This document shows, one piece after another, positions 51,230 through 60,807 of a stretch of 64,000 bases of DNA. Position numbers and translations under genes: made by a program. The stretch is taken from NCBI GenBank assembly GCA_046350855.1, contig JAXLZM010000002.1, positions 142,103 to 206,102 of the forward strand. Reading direction: 5' to 3'. Each line of letters begins with the position of its first letter. Within the stretch, counting starts at the first letter, position 1. The DNA comes from Candidatus Anderseniibacteriota bacterium. Its GTDB lineage: Bacteria > Patescibacteriota > JAUYIX01. The notes beneath the pieces are model-generated. The model saw nothing but the letters and a program-made list of their open reading frames with translations. It did no database searches and was not told the DNA's origin.

Positions 51230-52615
51230 ATGAAGGACCGCAAGAACTCAAAAAGCAGTTCTGATTCCGTCAGTACAGGATCACAGCAGATAAACCGTGA
51301 GCTCTATAAGCGGAACGCCGAATTGGCAGTACGCAACAAAACCCTGGCTCTCCTACGTAAGCTGGATGAGATTTCTTTACGGGCAATTGGGATTCAACCT
51401 ACGGCTCAGGAGATTGCTGGAGCGATCTCCGTCGAGTTTGGGTACGAGATTGTCTCAGTAGCAATCGCCATGCCTGAGAAAAAGGAGTTGCGCTGGCTCG
51501 CGCTCGCGTCTTCGGTACCGACCTACTCTGCTCTTTTTGGACAAGTTATTCCCGGTGAGTCAGATTTTTTGGCAAAAGCGCCTGCTAAAAAACTCGAGGG
51601 TCAGCTCCGCAAGGACACGTTTGTTAAGGGTATCGACAGTTTATTTCCCGATGACCTCAAGCAAAAAATTGGGGCTATCAAGGGTGACGCGATCTCCAGT
51701 ACGCTAGTTTACCCACTTGTTTTTGAGGAAAAGCCGATTGGCATTATTACGTTCAGCGCCATTCGAAATCTGCACGAACTCACTAAATACGAGCACGAAT
51801 CGATCGAGGGCATTGTCAGCCTAACCTCGCTCGCTCTCTACAAGGCAAAGCTTTTTGAGGACTTACAAACGACAACCGAGCAGTTACGCGAGGCCAACCA
51901 CCGACTTAAAGAGCTCATGGAAATCAAGACTCAGTTTTTGCATATTGCATCTCACCAATTGCGCACACCGCTCACGAGTCTCCGCGGCTTCTTAGACATG
52001 CAGGCGAGCGGGGATTTTGACAAGCTCACGCCGGATCGACGTAAAGAGCTCCAAAAAACGATGGCCATGGCTGGCGACCAACTCAATGCGCTGGTCAATG
52101 ATCTTCTTAATGCCATGGAACTTGAAGGTGGTGCGCCAAACATCAAGCCTATCGCAACTGACGTCTGGAAAGTTATCGAGGAAGCCGTCGTCACACTCCA
52201 GATCGCTTTCGACAAAAAGGGCCTCAAACTTGTTGCAAACAAGCCCGCCATTAAATTGCCGCAGATTCTTGCAGATGCCTCGTACCTCCGTCAGGTCTTC
52301 CTCAACTCTCTCGACAACGCGATGAAGTATACGCCCAAAGGCTCAGTCACGATTAGCGCCAAAGTAGCTGGCAAAAACATCGCTATTGACGTCACCGATA
52401 CCGGTATTGGTATCGACCCGCGCGACAAGCCCAAGCTCTTTGGTAAGTTCGTCCGCGGTGGCAATTCGGAGACGCAGCACACCACAGGCAGTGGTCTAGG
52501 ACTCTTTATCATGAAGCAAATCGTCCAGCAGCATCACGGTACGATTGAACTTAGGAGCGATGGCGTAGGCAAGGGGACGACCGTGCACATCGAGCTTCCA
52601 ATCCTTAAAGTCTAA
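51230..52615 (+). CDS. cytoplasmic sensor histidine kinase (GAF-HisKA-HATPase)
   Basis: H-box ASHQLRTPLTSL, N/G boxes, N-terminal GAF-like region. Confidence 0.8.
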   Translation: MKDRKNSKSSSDSVSTGSQQINRELYKRNAELAVRNKTLALLRKLDEISLRAIGIQPTAQEIAGAISVEFGYEIVSVAIAMPEKKELRWLALASSVPTYSALFGQVIPGESDFLAKAPAKKLEGQLRKDTFVKGIDSLFPDDLKQKIGAIKGDAISSTLVYPLVFEEKPIGIITFSAIRNLHELTKYEHESIEGIVSLTSLALYKAKLFEDLQTTTEQLREANHRLKELMEIKTQFLHIASHQLRTPLTSLRGFLDMQASGDFDKLTPDRRKELQKTMAMAGDQLNALVNDLLNAMELEGGAPNIKPIATDVWKVIEEAVVTLQIAFDKKGLKLVANKPAIKLPQILADASYLRQVFLNSLDNAMKYTPKGSVTISAKVAGKNIAIDVTDTGIGIDPRDKPKLFGKFVRGGNSETQHTTGSGLGLFIMKQIVQQHHGTIELRSDGVGKGTTVHIELPILKV

Positions 52616-52618
52616 GCA

Positions 52619-52966
52619 ATGAAGGCCTGGGGTAAATCGATCGCAATCGACTTATATCAATGCGATCACAAAAAAATGATCGATCCGGAAGGGCTTAAGA
52701 CCTTTATCGCTGAACTTATTAAGTCGGTAGACATGGTTGCACATGGACCGTGTTACGTAGAGCGCTTTGGCGAAGGCAAACTCTTGGGGTACTCGGCTAT
52801 GCAATTTATTGAAACTTCTGCAATTACTGTCCATCTAGACGAAGTCGATAGCCGTGCCTTTATTGATCTCTTTAGCTGCAAACAATTTGATGCAAAAAAA
52901 CCAACCGAACTTGCCATCAAATATTTTGGCGCAAAGCAACACAAGTTGACTGAGCTCAACCGCTAG
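52619..52966 (+). CDS. S-adenosylmethionine decarboxylase-like pyruvoyl enzyme (SpeH-type, small form)
   Basis: 115 aa; ...GYSAMQFIETSAITVHLDE... resembles the SpeH self-cleavage region (ES/TS). Confidence 0.55.
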   Translation: MKAWGKSIAIDLYQCDHKKMIDPEGLKTFIAELIKSVDMVAHGPCYVERFGEGKLLGYSAMQFIETSAITVHLDEVDSRAFIDLFSCKQFDAKKPTELAIKYFGAKQHKLTELNR

Positions 52967-52974
52967 CAGATAGT

Positions 52975-53895
52975 GTGGCCATGAATTGGCTGCTCCTCGC
53001 CGTTATCCCACCGCTGCTGTATGCGGTCGTAAACCACTTTGATAAGTATCTCGTGCAGAGATATTTCAAGGGAGCGAGTGTTGGTGCGGTACTTATTTTT
53101 TCGGCGCTCATCGGGATTTTTGTCGCGATTCCTATTGGCATTTTTGTTCCCGAAGTTTTTGACTTGCCTGCTCGGCACTCCGCTCTCATCGTCGCAAACG
53201 GATTTTTGTATCTGTTGGCCAGCCTCCCATACTTTTATGCCCTCTCGAAAGACGAAGCCTCCGTCGTTGTACCTGTTTTTCAGCTCGTGCCCTTCTTTAT
53301 TCTGCTTTTTGCTTTTATATTTTTGGGAGAGACCATTAGTCTAAACGGCCTTCTCGGTGGCGCAGTTGTTGTTTTGGGAGCGGTGTTGATTTCGTTAGAG
53401 CTATCCCACAAAAAAGCTAAGTTCAAACAGAGCGTTTTTTGGCTGATGGTGCTGTCATCCTCACTTTTTGCGCTTAACTTTGTGCTCTTCAAGAATTTAA
53501 ACATCGACAGCACTTTTTGGATCACAAACTTTTGGGAATATGTCGGTTTTGTACTTTTTGCTGCTTTTGCGCTGGTCTGTATCCCGCCATACCGAAGACA
53601 ATTCTTTTCTGTTTTCAAACAAAACAAAAAAACGGTACTCGCGCTTAACGGCATCAACGAAATAATCGCAGTTGCAGCCAAGGCTTCGTTTAACTTTGCG
53701 TCGCTTTTAGCCCCGGTTGCACTCGTTTCTTTTGTTGGCGGGCTTCAACCGCTATTCGTTTTTCTTATTGGAATAGCACTGACGCTGTTCTTCCCTAAAA
53801 TTAGTAAAGAAAACATCGACGCTCGGCATCTAATTCAAAAAATAGTCGCAATTTTGGTGATTTTGGTTGGCGTTTGGATGCTGAGTTCAGCCTAG
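52975..53895 (+). CDS. DMT-superfamily transporter (two EamA domains)
   Basis: 10 TM helices in two repeats. Confidence 0.75.
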   Translation: MAMNWLLLAVIPPLLYAVVNHFDKYLVQRYFKGASVGAVLIFSALIGIFVAIPIGIFVPEVFDLPARHSALIVANGFLYLLASLPYFYALSKDEASVVVPVFQLVPFFILLFAFIFLGETISLNGLLGGAVVVLGAVLISLELSHKKAKFKQSVFWLMVLSSSLFALNFVLFKNLNIDSTFWITNFWEYVGFVLFAAFALVCIPPYRRQFFSVFKQNKKTVLALNGINEIIAVAAKASFNFASLLAPVALVSFVGGLQPLFVFLIGIALTLFFPKISKENIDARHLIQKIVAILVILVGVWMLSSA

Positions 53896-54170
53896 GGAGA
53901 CTCTGCAAAAAGGGCCCTGGGAACCGTGTGGATTACTGCTACTTATACCCTAGCGCCCCAGCCCAAGACCTTGTAGAATAATCAGCAAAAGAGAGGACTT
54001 GCCGGCCAAGCAAAGGCCAACCAGCAGGTTCAACAGGGGAAACAAAAAGCGAACCAAAAGGACTTCCAAGACAGAGAGCTCTTGCGAGTTTGCGCTGTAA
54101 TGAGGCCGGATAAAGAGACCGGCCGCGAGGCAGCAGTTTACTTACTACACTTCCCTCACTTCCCATCCAC

Positions 54171-54674
54171 ATGGCTAGCTCACGTTCTGCCCAACCAACC
54201 GCACTAACCGCTGCCCAACGCGCGGGTGCCAGCACCGCTACCGGTCTGGCCGCCCCTGACATCGAATCCGCCCACTGGATTAACGTCAAAAACAACGGGT
54301 TTGGCTCGCTCACGGGTAAAATCGTCGTAGTGAACTTTTGGACTTACGCCTGTCACCATAGCCAATCGCTCCTCCGTCACCTCTCTGTTTTACAACGCAC
54401 CTACCGGCGCCATCCCGTCCAGATTATCGGGGTGCACACGCCGGAGTTTTTGTTTGAAGCAGATGTGGACAACGTTAAACGCGCCGTCCGGGACTTTCGC
54501 ATCAATTGGCCAGTCGCGGTCGACAACGATTACGAGAACTTCAACCGCTTTGGCGTGCGCTTTTGGCCGACCACCGTCTTGATCGATGCCGATGGTCGCG
54601 TAGCCGGGCGCTTTGTCGGGGCCGGGAGCTTCCCGGATCTGGCCCGCAGCATCCATGTTATACTGCCGCGGTAA
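54171..54674 (+). CDS. thioredoxin-fold (TlpA/redoxin-like) protein with CxxS-type motif
   Basis: VVNFWTYACHHSQ where WCxxC is expected; redoxin-like length. Confidence 0.5.
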   Translation: MASSRSAQPTALTAAQRAGASTATGLAAPDIESAHWINVKNNGFGSLTGKIVVVNFWTYACHHSQSLLRHLSVLQRTYRRHPVQIIGVHTPEFLFEADVDNVKRAVRDFRINWPVAVDNDYENFNRFGVRFWPTTVLIDADGRVAGRFVGAGSFPDLARSIHVILPR

Positions 54675-54742
54675 TTGATCGGCGCTGTCCTGGGGCAGTT
54701 GAGCCAACTTTAGTAGCGCAAGTTTTAACGGACACTTCTCGG

Positions 54743-55840
54743 ATGAACACCGATACCTCAGCTCTCGTGCAACCCAAAACGGTGCGCGAGGCGGTTGCTC
54801 TAACACTGGCCTACTGTGATGCACAGGGCTTGGTCGCCACGGCCTTTGACGTTTGGTACAACCTCATACGCTACCAAGCCAGTTACGGTGCGGTCTTAAG
54901 CGCGCTGCAAGAACTCGTCGCCGAGTCACGCCTGATCACGCAGGACGGATATTACTCACTACGCGGACTCGACGCCATCGAAGCTCGGCAGCTACGCCAC
55001 AAGGTGAGTGAGTACAAGTGGCGTCGCGCACGGCGCGTAGCACGCCTCTTAAGTTTGGTTCCATTTGTCCAAGCGGTGAGTGTGGTTGATAGTGTCGCGC
55101 TCAACAAAGCTAAACCACAATCCGACATCGATTTTTTTATCGTCACAACCCCGGGGCATCTGTGGGCCGCACGTATGTGTGCTACAGCTCTTACGCAAGC
55201 CTTGCGCCTGCGCCGCCACGGCACGCACGTGCGCGATCGGGCCTGCCTCTCGTTTTATGCTACCAGTGACGCCTTGGCCCTCCAAAACCTCTCGATTGCG
55301 GGGGGCGATCTCTACTTGGCCCAGTGGGTCTATCTCGTGAGTCCACTCTGGCAACGGGCTGGGTTTGACCTGACTCAACAACTCATACAGCACAATCCCT
55401 GGGCCGCGGAGCTTTTTCCGCAGCGGGCCACGGGCACCGTTAGTGATCGTCGCACCGTAGAACCCGGGCTTGCTCGTCTCACTCGGCCGTTCCAGTGGAC
55501 CCTCGAGACGCTTTTGGCTAAGCGTCTTGGACGGTGGGTCGAGACCAAACTCCGTACTCTGCAACTGCGGTACATGCACAAAACGCTCCCGACCGAAATC
55601 AAAAATCGTTCCAGCCATATCGTGATCAACGATCGGATGCTTAAATTTCATGAACAAGATCGGCGTACCTGGTTTAGAGAGCGCACCTTGGCGACCTACC
55701 AGCGCCTCCTGGCCCGCGAGCCGCTCAACCTCTCGCTCGACGATGTGCGCTTTGCCTCAGGAGGATTATTGGTTCAGCCGATCGGAGCCACGCTGGTACA
55801 ACACCGTCCTCAGAGCACCACACTACCGGCCCCGGCATGA
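54743..55840 (+). CDS. nucleotidyltransferase-fold protein (Pol beta-like), hypothetical (ORF opens at 54506; first non-overlapping ATG is 54743)
   Basis: ...AVSVVDSVALNKAKPQSDIDFFIV... resembles the GS...DxD minimal nucleotidyltransferase motif. Confidence 0.45.
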   Translation: MNTDTSALVQPKTVREAVALTLAYCDAQGLVATAFDVWYNLIRYQASYGAVLSALQELVAESRLITQDGYYSLRGLDAIEARQLRHKVSEYKWRRARRVARLLSLVPFVQAVSVVDSVALNKAKPQSDIDFFIVTTPGHLWAARMCATALTQALRLRRHGTHVRDRACLSFYATSDALALQNLSIAGGDLYLAQWVYLVSPLWQRAGFDLTQQLIQHNPWAAELFPQRATGTVSDRRTVEPGLARLTRPFQWTLETLLAKRLGRWVETKLRTLQLRYMHKTLPTEIKNRSSHIVINDRMLKFHEQDRRTWFRERTLATYQRLLAREPLNLSLDDVRFASGGLLVQPIGATLVQHRPQSTTLPAPA

Positions 55841-57072
55841 TCACCTCCCTACGTCGCATTGGCGTAGGAGGAGCGCTCATACTCATCGTCTGGCTGGCCT
55901 CGTTTGGGGTACTGCTCACAAAAACCGTGCCGGTCTCGGGCGACGGGATTTACTACTTTGTGCAGCTCGAGTCGCTGACCCTCGATCACGACGTCGACTA
56001 TGCCAACAACCTTGAGCGCTTTAGGGCCAACCCCTACGTTGCCAAGCAACTCGACTCAGGCGTCACCACTCCAACCGGCCGAACCCCAAACTTGTTCTCG
56101 ATTGGGCCAGCCCTGCTCTGGTCACCAGTGTATGTGGTTGTGCACTTTTTAGCTCCGCAGGCAGAACTCCTTGCACCCAGCCTTGCGACCGGGCTTTGTG
56201 TATTGGTTGGGTTGGTCTGTCTGTATCGAGCTCTGCGCCGATTAGGGTTTATCGATACCGTAGCCGGACTTGCGGTTACCGCAACGTATCTTGGCACCAA
56301 CCTTATCTATTATTCGATCTTTGAAGCCAGTATGGCCCATGGTCTGGGTTTTGCGCTGGTTAGCCTTCTCCTACTCCTTGCCCTGCGGTCTAGTAAAAAA
56401 CTTTTGGGCGCGTTGGTGTTTGGTGTGATTGCGGGTCTCGCGGTGGACGTCCGTTGGCAGTTACTGCTTGCGGTTGTGCCGCTGGGGGTCCTCGCTTTTT
56501 TCCATTTGAAGACGCGCAACCCTCGTACGTGGTTAGCAGCCGCGGTAGGGTTTGCCCTCGGTGTTTTGCCACAGCTCCTGGTCTGGAAAGCTCTCTATGG
56601 CAGCTTTTTGGTTCTACCACAGGGGGCAGGATTTATCGTGCCGACTAGCCCACATTTTGGCGAGGTGCTCTGGTCAGCGCGTCATGGGCTTATCACCTGG
56701 ACCCCGCTCGTGTTGCTTGCAGTGGTAGGGGTAGTGCTGGCTGCTCGTACAAAAAATGCTGCCGTACGTGCGGTTGCACTAGTGTCCATCGTGATTTTAT
56801 TTTTACAAACGTACCTTAATGGTTCTCTCATCGAGTGGTGGGGAGGGGATGCTTTTGGGGCCCGACGTTTTACCGATGTCACGGCCGTGTTTGCATTCGG
56901 CCTCGCGGCTCTCTTTGCCGCGACCAAACCCAAATGGCGTGCCGTGCTTGCTAGTTTGGTCGCATTGCTTGTTCTAGCCAACCTGACGCTCATGCAACTC
57001 TACCGGCACGATCGAATCTCACGTTCTCTGCCGGTGCACGTGCGTGCTGCTGTGGAAGCACTACGCCACTAG
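55837..57072 (+). CDS. GT-C-like polytopic membrane glycosyltransferase (shorter paralog)
   Basis: 11+ TM helices; N-terminal ...SGDGIYYFVQLESLTLDHDVDYANN... loop like ArnT/PMT family. Confidence 0.55.
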   Translation: MITSLRRIGVGGALILIVWLASFGVLLTKTVPVSGDGIYYFVQLESLTLDHDVDYANNLERFRANPYVAKQLDSGVTTPTGRTPNLFSIGPALLWSPVYVVVHFLAPQAELLAPSLATGLCVLVGLVCLYRALRRLGFIDTVAGLAVTATYLGTNLIYYSIFEASMAHGLGFALVSLLLLLALRSSKKLLGALVFGVIAGLAVDVRWQLLLAVVPLGVLAFFHLKTRNPRTWLAAAVGFALGVLPQLLVWKALYGSFLVLPQGAGFIVPTSPHFGEVLWSARHGLITWTPLVLLAVVGVVLAARTKNAAVRAVALVSIVILFLQTYLNGSLIEWWGGDAFGARRFTDVTAVFAFGLAALFAATKPKWRAVLASLVALLVLANLTLMQLYRHDRISRSLPVHVRAAVEALRH

Positions 57073-57090
57073 TCGCGCTACACTATCTGT

Positions 57091-57243
57091 ATGACTTCCC
57101 GCACCTATCACGTCCTCTTTTGGTCCGTGCTCTCGCTCATGGTCCTTGTGTTTGCCTGGTACGGGTATCTCTTTAGCCGCGGTCTGGTGACCTTTAGCCT
57201 CGGCCCCACTATCGACAACACGATCATCATCAATAGCGACTAA
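57091..57243 (+). CDS. possible 50-aa single-TM peptide (below the ORF-track cutoff)
   Basis: ATG ORF MTSRTYHVLFWSVLSLMVLVFAWYGYLFSRGL... in the spacer. Confidence 0.3.
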   Translation: MTSRTYHVLFWSVLSLMVLVFAWYGYLFSRGLVTFSLGPTIDNTIIINSD

Positions 57244-57291
57244 GACAGCTTTAGAGCCGGTAGAGAGGGCCATAGAGCCTTTTTGGCTACC

Positions 57292-57320
57292 TTGACTTTA
57301 TCTAAAAAAAGTGCTAAAGT
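57292..57320 (+). promoter_or_regulatory. sigma70-like promoter TTGACT-17-TAAAGT
   Basis: Followed by SD AAGGAGG (57373-57379) and the ATG at 57385. Confidence 0.4.
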
Positions 57321-57384
57321 CCTCGTTTAGTTTTCGGCTCGTTCTCTCTCAACACGACCAAAACGCCCCATCAAGGAGGAACTC

Positions 57385-57909
57385 ATGTTCTTGCTGCGCT
57401 CTCTCAATCCGGCTGCGCAGATCAGCGTACTCGGTGCCGCCTTGGCCCTGACGTTTGCCGGTGCTCAGTCGGTCTTCCAGTCTACGGGCCTCCTCTCCAG
57501 CCATCCGCAGTTCGACGACGTGCTGGTCGGCATTTACTCCGAGCGAGTCTCGCTCGATCGTGTCGAGCAGCGTGATCTGATCTTTGGTGGCATCAAGGAG
57601 GTGCCGCTGTTCTCCCTGACGCTCGGGCGTGAGTCTTTCTCAAACCTCGAGCCGCGCTACATTGTGGCTGTACCCTCCCTGGAGAAGTCACATGTCTTTG
57701 TGTATCCAGCCAGTTGCCAGCTCTGCGACAACGCCGTGTTCTTGATCGGACCGTACGGCGAGGTCCAGGCACAAGTAGCGGGTGTCACGGATCAAGCACT
57801 CAAGGCTTCTGGCCCCAAACGCTTTATCGTGATCGTCCCGAGCGACGATCCTATCGTCACTCAGGCTCCAAGTCACCTTCGGCAAGACGTTCAACTGGAG
57901 AAACGATGA
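57385..57909 (+). CDS. hypothetical secreted protein
   Basis: Signal-peptide-like N-terminus; strong SD. Confidence 0.5.
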   Translation: MFLLRSLNPAAQISVLGAALALTFAGAQSVFQSTGLLSSHPQFDDVLVGIYSERVSLDRVEQRDLIFGGIKEVPLFSLTLGRESFSNLEPRYIVAVPSLEKSHVFVYPASCQLCDNAVFLIGPYGEVQAQVAGVTDQALKASGPKRFIVIVPSDDPIVTQAPSHLRQDVQLEKR

Positions 57910-58271
57910 AATACCTCGAGAATCTTTTGGAGAGTGAGCGCTTTGAGTGGGTGCTCTTTTGGGCCATGCTGGCTCTGGATCTCACCTGCTTTGCGCTCTT
58001 TGCCATCGAGCCCACCTTGTTGAGCTCGTTTGCGGCACTCGCGGGCGCGATGTTTTTGGCGCGGCAGCTCCACTACGTCGTGTCACAGGAACCGTTCCGT
58101 CGCAAGCTCTCGGCACTCCGCCTCGGTCTCGAGCGGGCCTTTGCTCTCGAGCATGAGGCCCGTATCCGGCACGAGCCCGAGCGCCCCGTCCCTACTCGGG
58201 CACAAATCGTGCAGGAGGAGGAAGAATGGCGGCATCGACAGCAGTGTTCGTTCTTTAGAACCTCGGCCTAG
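57906..58271 (+). CDS. small membrane protein (2 TM), ATGA-coupled to the upstream gene
   Basis: ATG 57906 overlaps the TGA of 57385..57909. Confidence 0.45.
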   Translation: MKYLENLLESERFEWVLFWAMLALDLTCFALFAIEPTLLSSFAALAGAMFLARQLHYVVSQEPFRRKLSALRLGLERAFALEHEARIRHEPERPVPTRAQIVQEEEEWRHRQQCSFFRTSA

Positions 58272-58346
58272 AGCCACCCTAGACGCCCCGATCGCAGGAT
58301 CCCGGGCGTCTTTTTCTTACCCAGCGATTCTGCTAGTATACAACCC

Positions 58347-59729
58347 ATGGAAATCAAACACTCCTCGCCCTCCGTGGCGCGTCCCGTCGAACACCATGCT
58401 GGTAAAAAGCGCTGGCCCTGGGTTCTCCTGATCGTGCTTGGCGTCATCCTAGTCGTGGGTGGGATCATCACCGCGCTCTACTTTTACGGCGGTAAACTGA
58501 TTTCTAAAAAGGACAATCAAGCGACGCAAACTAATCAAGCTACTCAGACCAATCAGCCGGCCCAAACACCCGCTGGTGGCTTTAGCGTTAAGCCCGAGCC
58601 CGATGCGGATGAACTGCACCAAGTGGTGGTCGGCCGTTACGACAGCGAGGATCTGGTTGGACCGGTCACGCTCTCGACCGTTGACGCGACCGACAGCGGC
58701 ACATTGACCGAGACCAAGGTGCTCACCCACGAGGCCAAAGTGCCCGATGCCCGCACCACCGTGACGACCTCACCCAATGGACAATTTGTGGCGATCACCG
58801 AGAGCGAGGTACCAACGACGGGTGGCGAGGATGAGGCAGCCGCTCAAGCCGATCTCAAACACACTGTCTCACTGGTCGAGCTCAGTAGCGGCAAAGAGAC
58901 GACCGTAGCCGATGGCCTCAAAGGTCTTGCGGCCGATCCACTTTGGACCCCCGACTCACAGCACCTGATCTTTTTTGAGACGGACCCCGCGGTTGAACAA
59001 GTGCAAAGTTTTAACGTCTACGACGTCGAGTCTGGTCTGACCGCCAGCACTAAATCTGCTACGGCTGAGGGTCCGACGGATTTGTTTATCCCGGTTAAAG
59101 CCACCGAGAACGATCTCTTTGTGATCGATACGACCGCGGGCTCGGAGGATCCGGGTAAACTGGGTACCTTTAGTCTCTCTGACAAGGCCGAGATCGGGAC
59201 GGATTTTGACAAGATTATCGATATGCCGGCGCAATTCCGTGGTCTGGATGTCTCGAGCGATGGTGGTCAGATTATTATGGCGCGTGGCAGCGGGGAAGAA
59301 CTCAGTGTCTCGACCGGACCGTACCTGCTCGAGTTGCTCGACCGTGACACTGGTGAGATCGAGGAGCTGCGCAAGAGTTCTTCTGATGAGCAGTATGGCT
59401 CGCCGCTCTTTACGCGCGACGGTGACTCTATTATCTACGGAGCGGCCTCGGGAATCTGGATGCTGGAGGTCAAATCCGGCGATCGGACGCAACTCATCGA
59501 GAGCAGCGAGTTTAACGACGTAAGTGGTGCGGACGGCGACGTCGTGCAGCCGGAGTTTATCAGCCCCAATGGTGAGCTGGTCGTGCTCAGTGTCCCAATG
59601 GATAAAGGCTTGACGCGAGACTTCTTTACGCTCGGCACGGATGCTGACCAAGCTGCCCTAGACGATCTCGGCGTGGTCGAACCGGCTGACTCCAGTGCCT
59701 CAGTAGGTGCCTTTGGCTGGACGATCTAG
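58347..59729 (+). CDS. membrane-anchored TolB/PD40-like beta-propeller protein with Thr/Gln repeat linker
   Basis: TM anchor, NQATQTNQATQTNQPAQT repeat, repeated PD40-like segments (SPNG.., TPDSQ.., SPNGE..). Confidence 0.5.
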   Translation: MEIKHSSPSVARPVEHHAGKKRWPWVLLIVLGVILVVGGIITALYFYGGKLISKKDNQATQTNQATQTNQPAQTPAGGFSVKPEPDADELHQVVVGRYDSEDLVGPVTLSTVDATDSGTLTETKVLTHEAKVPDARTTVTTSPNGQFVAITESEVPTTGGEDEAAAQADLKHTVSLVELSSGKETTVADGLKGLAADPLWTPDSQHLIFFETDPAVEQVQSFNVYDVESGLTASTKSATAEGPTDLFIPVKATENDLFVIDTTAGSEDPGKLGTFSLSDKAEIGTDFDKIIDMPAQFRGLDVSSDGGQIIMARGSGEELSVSTGPYLLELLDRDTGEIEELRKSSSDEQYGSPLFTRDGDSIIYGAASGIWMLEVKSGDRTQLIESSEFNDVSGADGDVVQPEFISPNGELVVLSVPMDKGLTRDFFTLGTDADQAALDDLGVVEPADSSASVGAFGWTI

Positions 59730-59751
59730 TACCGGTGCGCATTTGAGCGGA

Positions 59752-59780
59752 TTGACAAAGGGGTAAAAAGGCGGTATACC
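59752..59780 (+). promoter_or_regulatory. consensus-like sigma70 promoter TTGACA-17-TATACC
   Basis: -35 59752-59757, -10 59775-59780. Confidence 0.4.
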
Positions 59781-59835
59781 GCGCAAGAGTTCTTTGGCAT
59801 TGTTACGCAACGGTGCTCTCCTTTTGATCGACCTT

Positions 59836-59878
59836 GGTCCGCGCGTGGGTTCAGCCAAACTGAAAACACGCGCGGACC
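59836..59878 (+). other. long perfect inverted repeat / leader hairpin GGTCCGCGCGTG...CACGCGCGGACC (with nested GTTCAG/CTGAA)
   Basis: 12-bp perfect arms, 19-nt spacer that is itself partly self-complementary; sits between the promoter and the SD-GTG start at 59899. Confidence 0.45.
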
Positions 59879-59898
59879 AAGATTTGAGGAGGAGAACC

Positions 59899-60720
59899 GT
59901 GAAGATCGAAACGTTGAGTGATTCTTTTTCTGGATTGGGGCTGATCGAACAGCGCTTGGGAGAGTACGAGACACGCAGTCGCCGGAAGGCGCTGCGGCGC
60001 TCTTTGGTACTAATGGGGTATTGGGCCCTCGCGTTAGGGGCTCTCATCTCCCTACCGCTCTCGGCCTACCTGCGGAACCTGTGCTTTCGCAAGTTTGTGG
60101 TGCTCTTTTGTCTCTGGTTGGCCACGACCGTCATGCTCTGGTTGCTCTCCTCGTCGCTGGGGAGCGTGCGACGTAACGGCGCATTGGCTGGCCTGTTACT
60201 CATGATTCTCCAGACCAGTCTGTTTTGGCCCACGCCGACGACGAGCTGGTTTGTCAACGGACAGCTGCACAGCCTGGTCCCGGCCGTGGCCTTGCCGCTC
60301 TACACGTCCGCGAGTCCGATCACGGTGCACTTTAGGGCAGCCGACTACACGGCGCTCAATCTCTACTACGGCTTTAAGAACGAACGGGACATCAAGTTGC
60401 ACGCGCGGATTGAGTACGATCTCGTCTGTCTCCCAATCACGAGTGCTGGTGCCCAAAAACTGCTACCTGGCGGGGAGTTGGAGCATCTCGAAGCACTCCT
60501 GCAGGACCAGATTCGCCAGGCCTTGGGAGCTTCGATTGAGCGTGCGGCTCAAGAAGCTGACAAAGAAACTGCTCAAGAAAAGGGCAATCTGTATTCCGAG
60601 ACGCAGATCCTGGGCTCGGTCAGGGATGCTTTTCCTGATCTCAACATCTTTGGCACCATCCACGTGCGCGAGTGTGAACTCACGTTGGGTGGTCCACCGC
60701 CTCAGCTCGGATTGTTCTAA
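59899..60720 (+). CDS. hypothetical polytopic membrane protein (GTG start after GAGGAGGAG SD; ORF opens at TTG 59794)
   Basis: SD 59886-59894, GTG 59899; 4-5 TM helices. Confidence 0.5.
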   Translation: MKIETLSDSFSGLGLIEQRLGEYETRSRRKALRRSLVLMGYWALALGALISLPLSAYLRNLCFRKFVVLFCLWLATTVMLWLLSSSLGSVRRNGALAGLLLMILQTSLFWPTPTTSWFVNGQLHSLVPAVALPLYTSASPITVHFRAADYTALNLYYGFKNERDIKLHARIEYDLVCLPITSAGAQKLLPGGELEHLEALLQDQIRQALGASIERAAQEADKETAQEKGNLYSETQILGSVRDAFPDLNIFGTIHVRECELTLGGPPPQLGLF

Positions 60721-60733
60721 GGCTTGGGTTCGC

Positions 60734-60768
60734 GGGCGGCGTCGATTACATCGACGCCGCCCTTTTTT
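60734..60768 (+). terminator. intrinsic terminator
   Basis: GGGCGGCGTCGA-TTACA-TCGACGCCGCCC then TTTTTT. Confidence 0.6.
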
Positions 60769-60807
60769 ATTTGTGATGGCTTTGTAGAGCGCTGTTATGG
60801 CCAGCCC

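Noticed and set aside
53939-54313. 124-aa minus-strand ORF overlapping the redoxin-like gene
   Set aside because: Antisense to a gene with a recognisable fold; no motif
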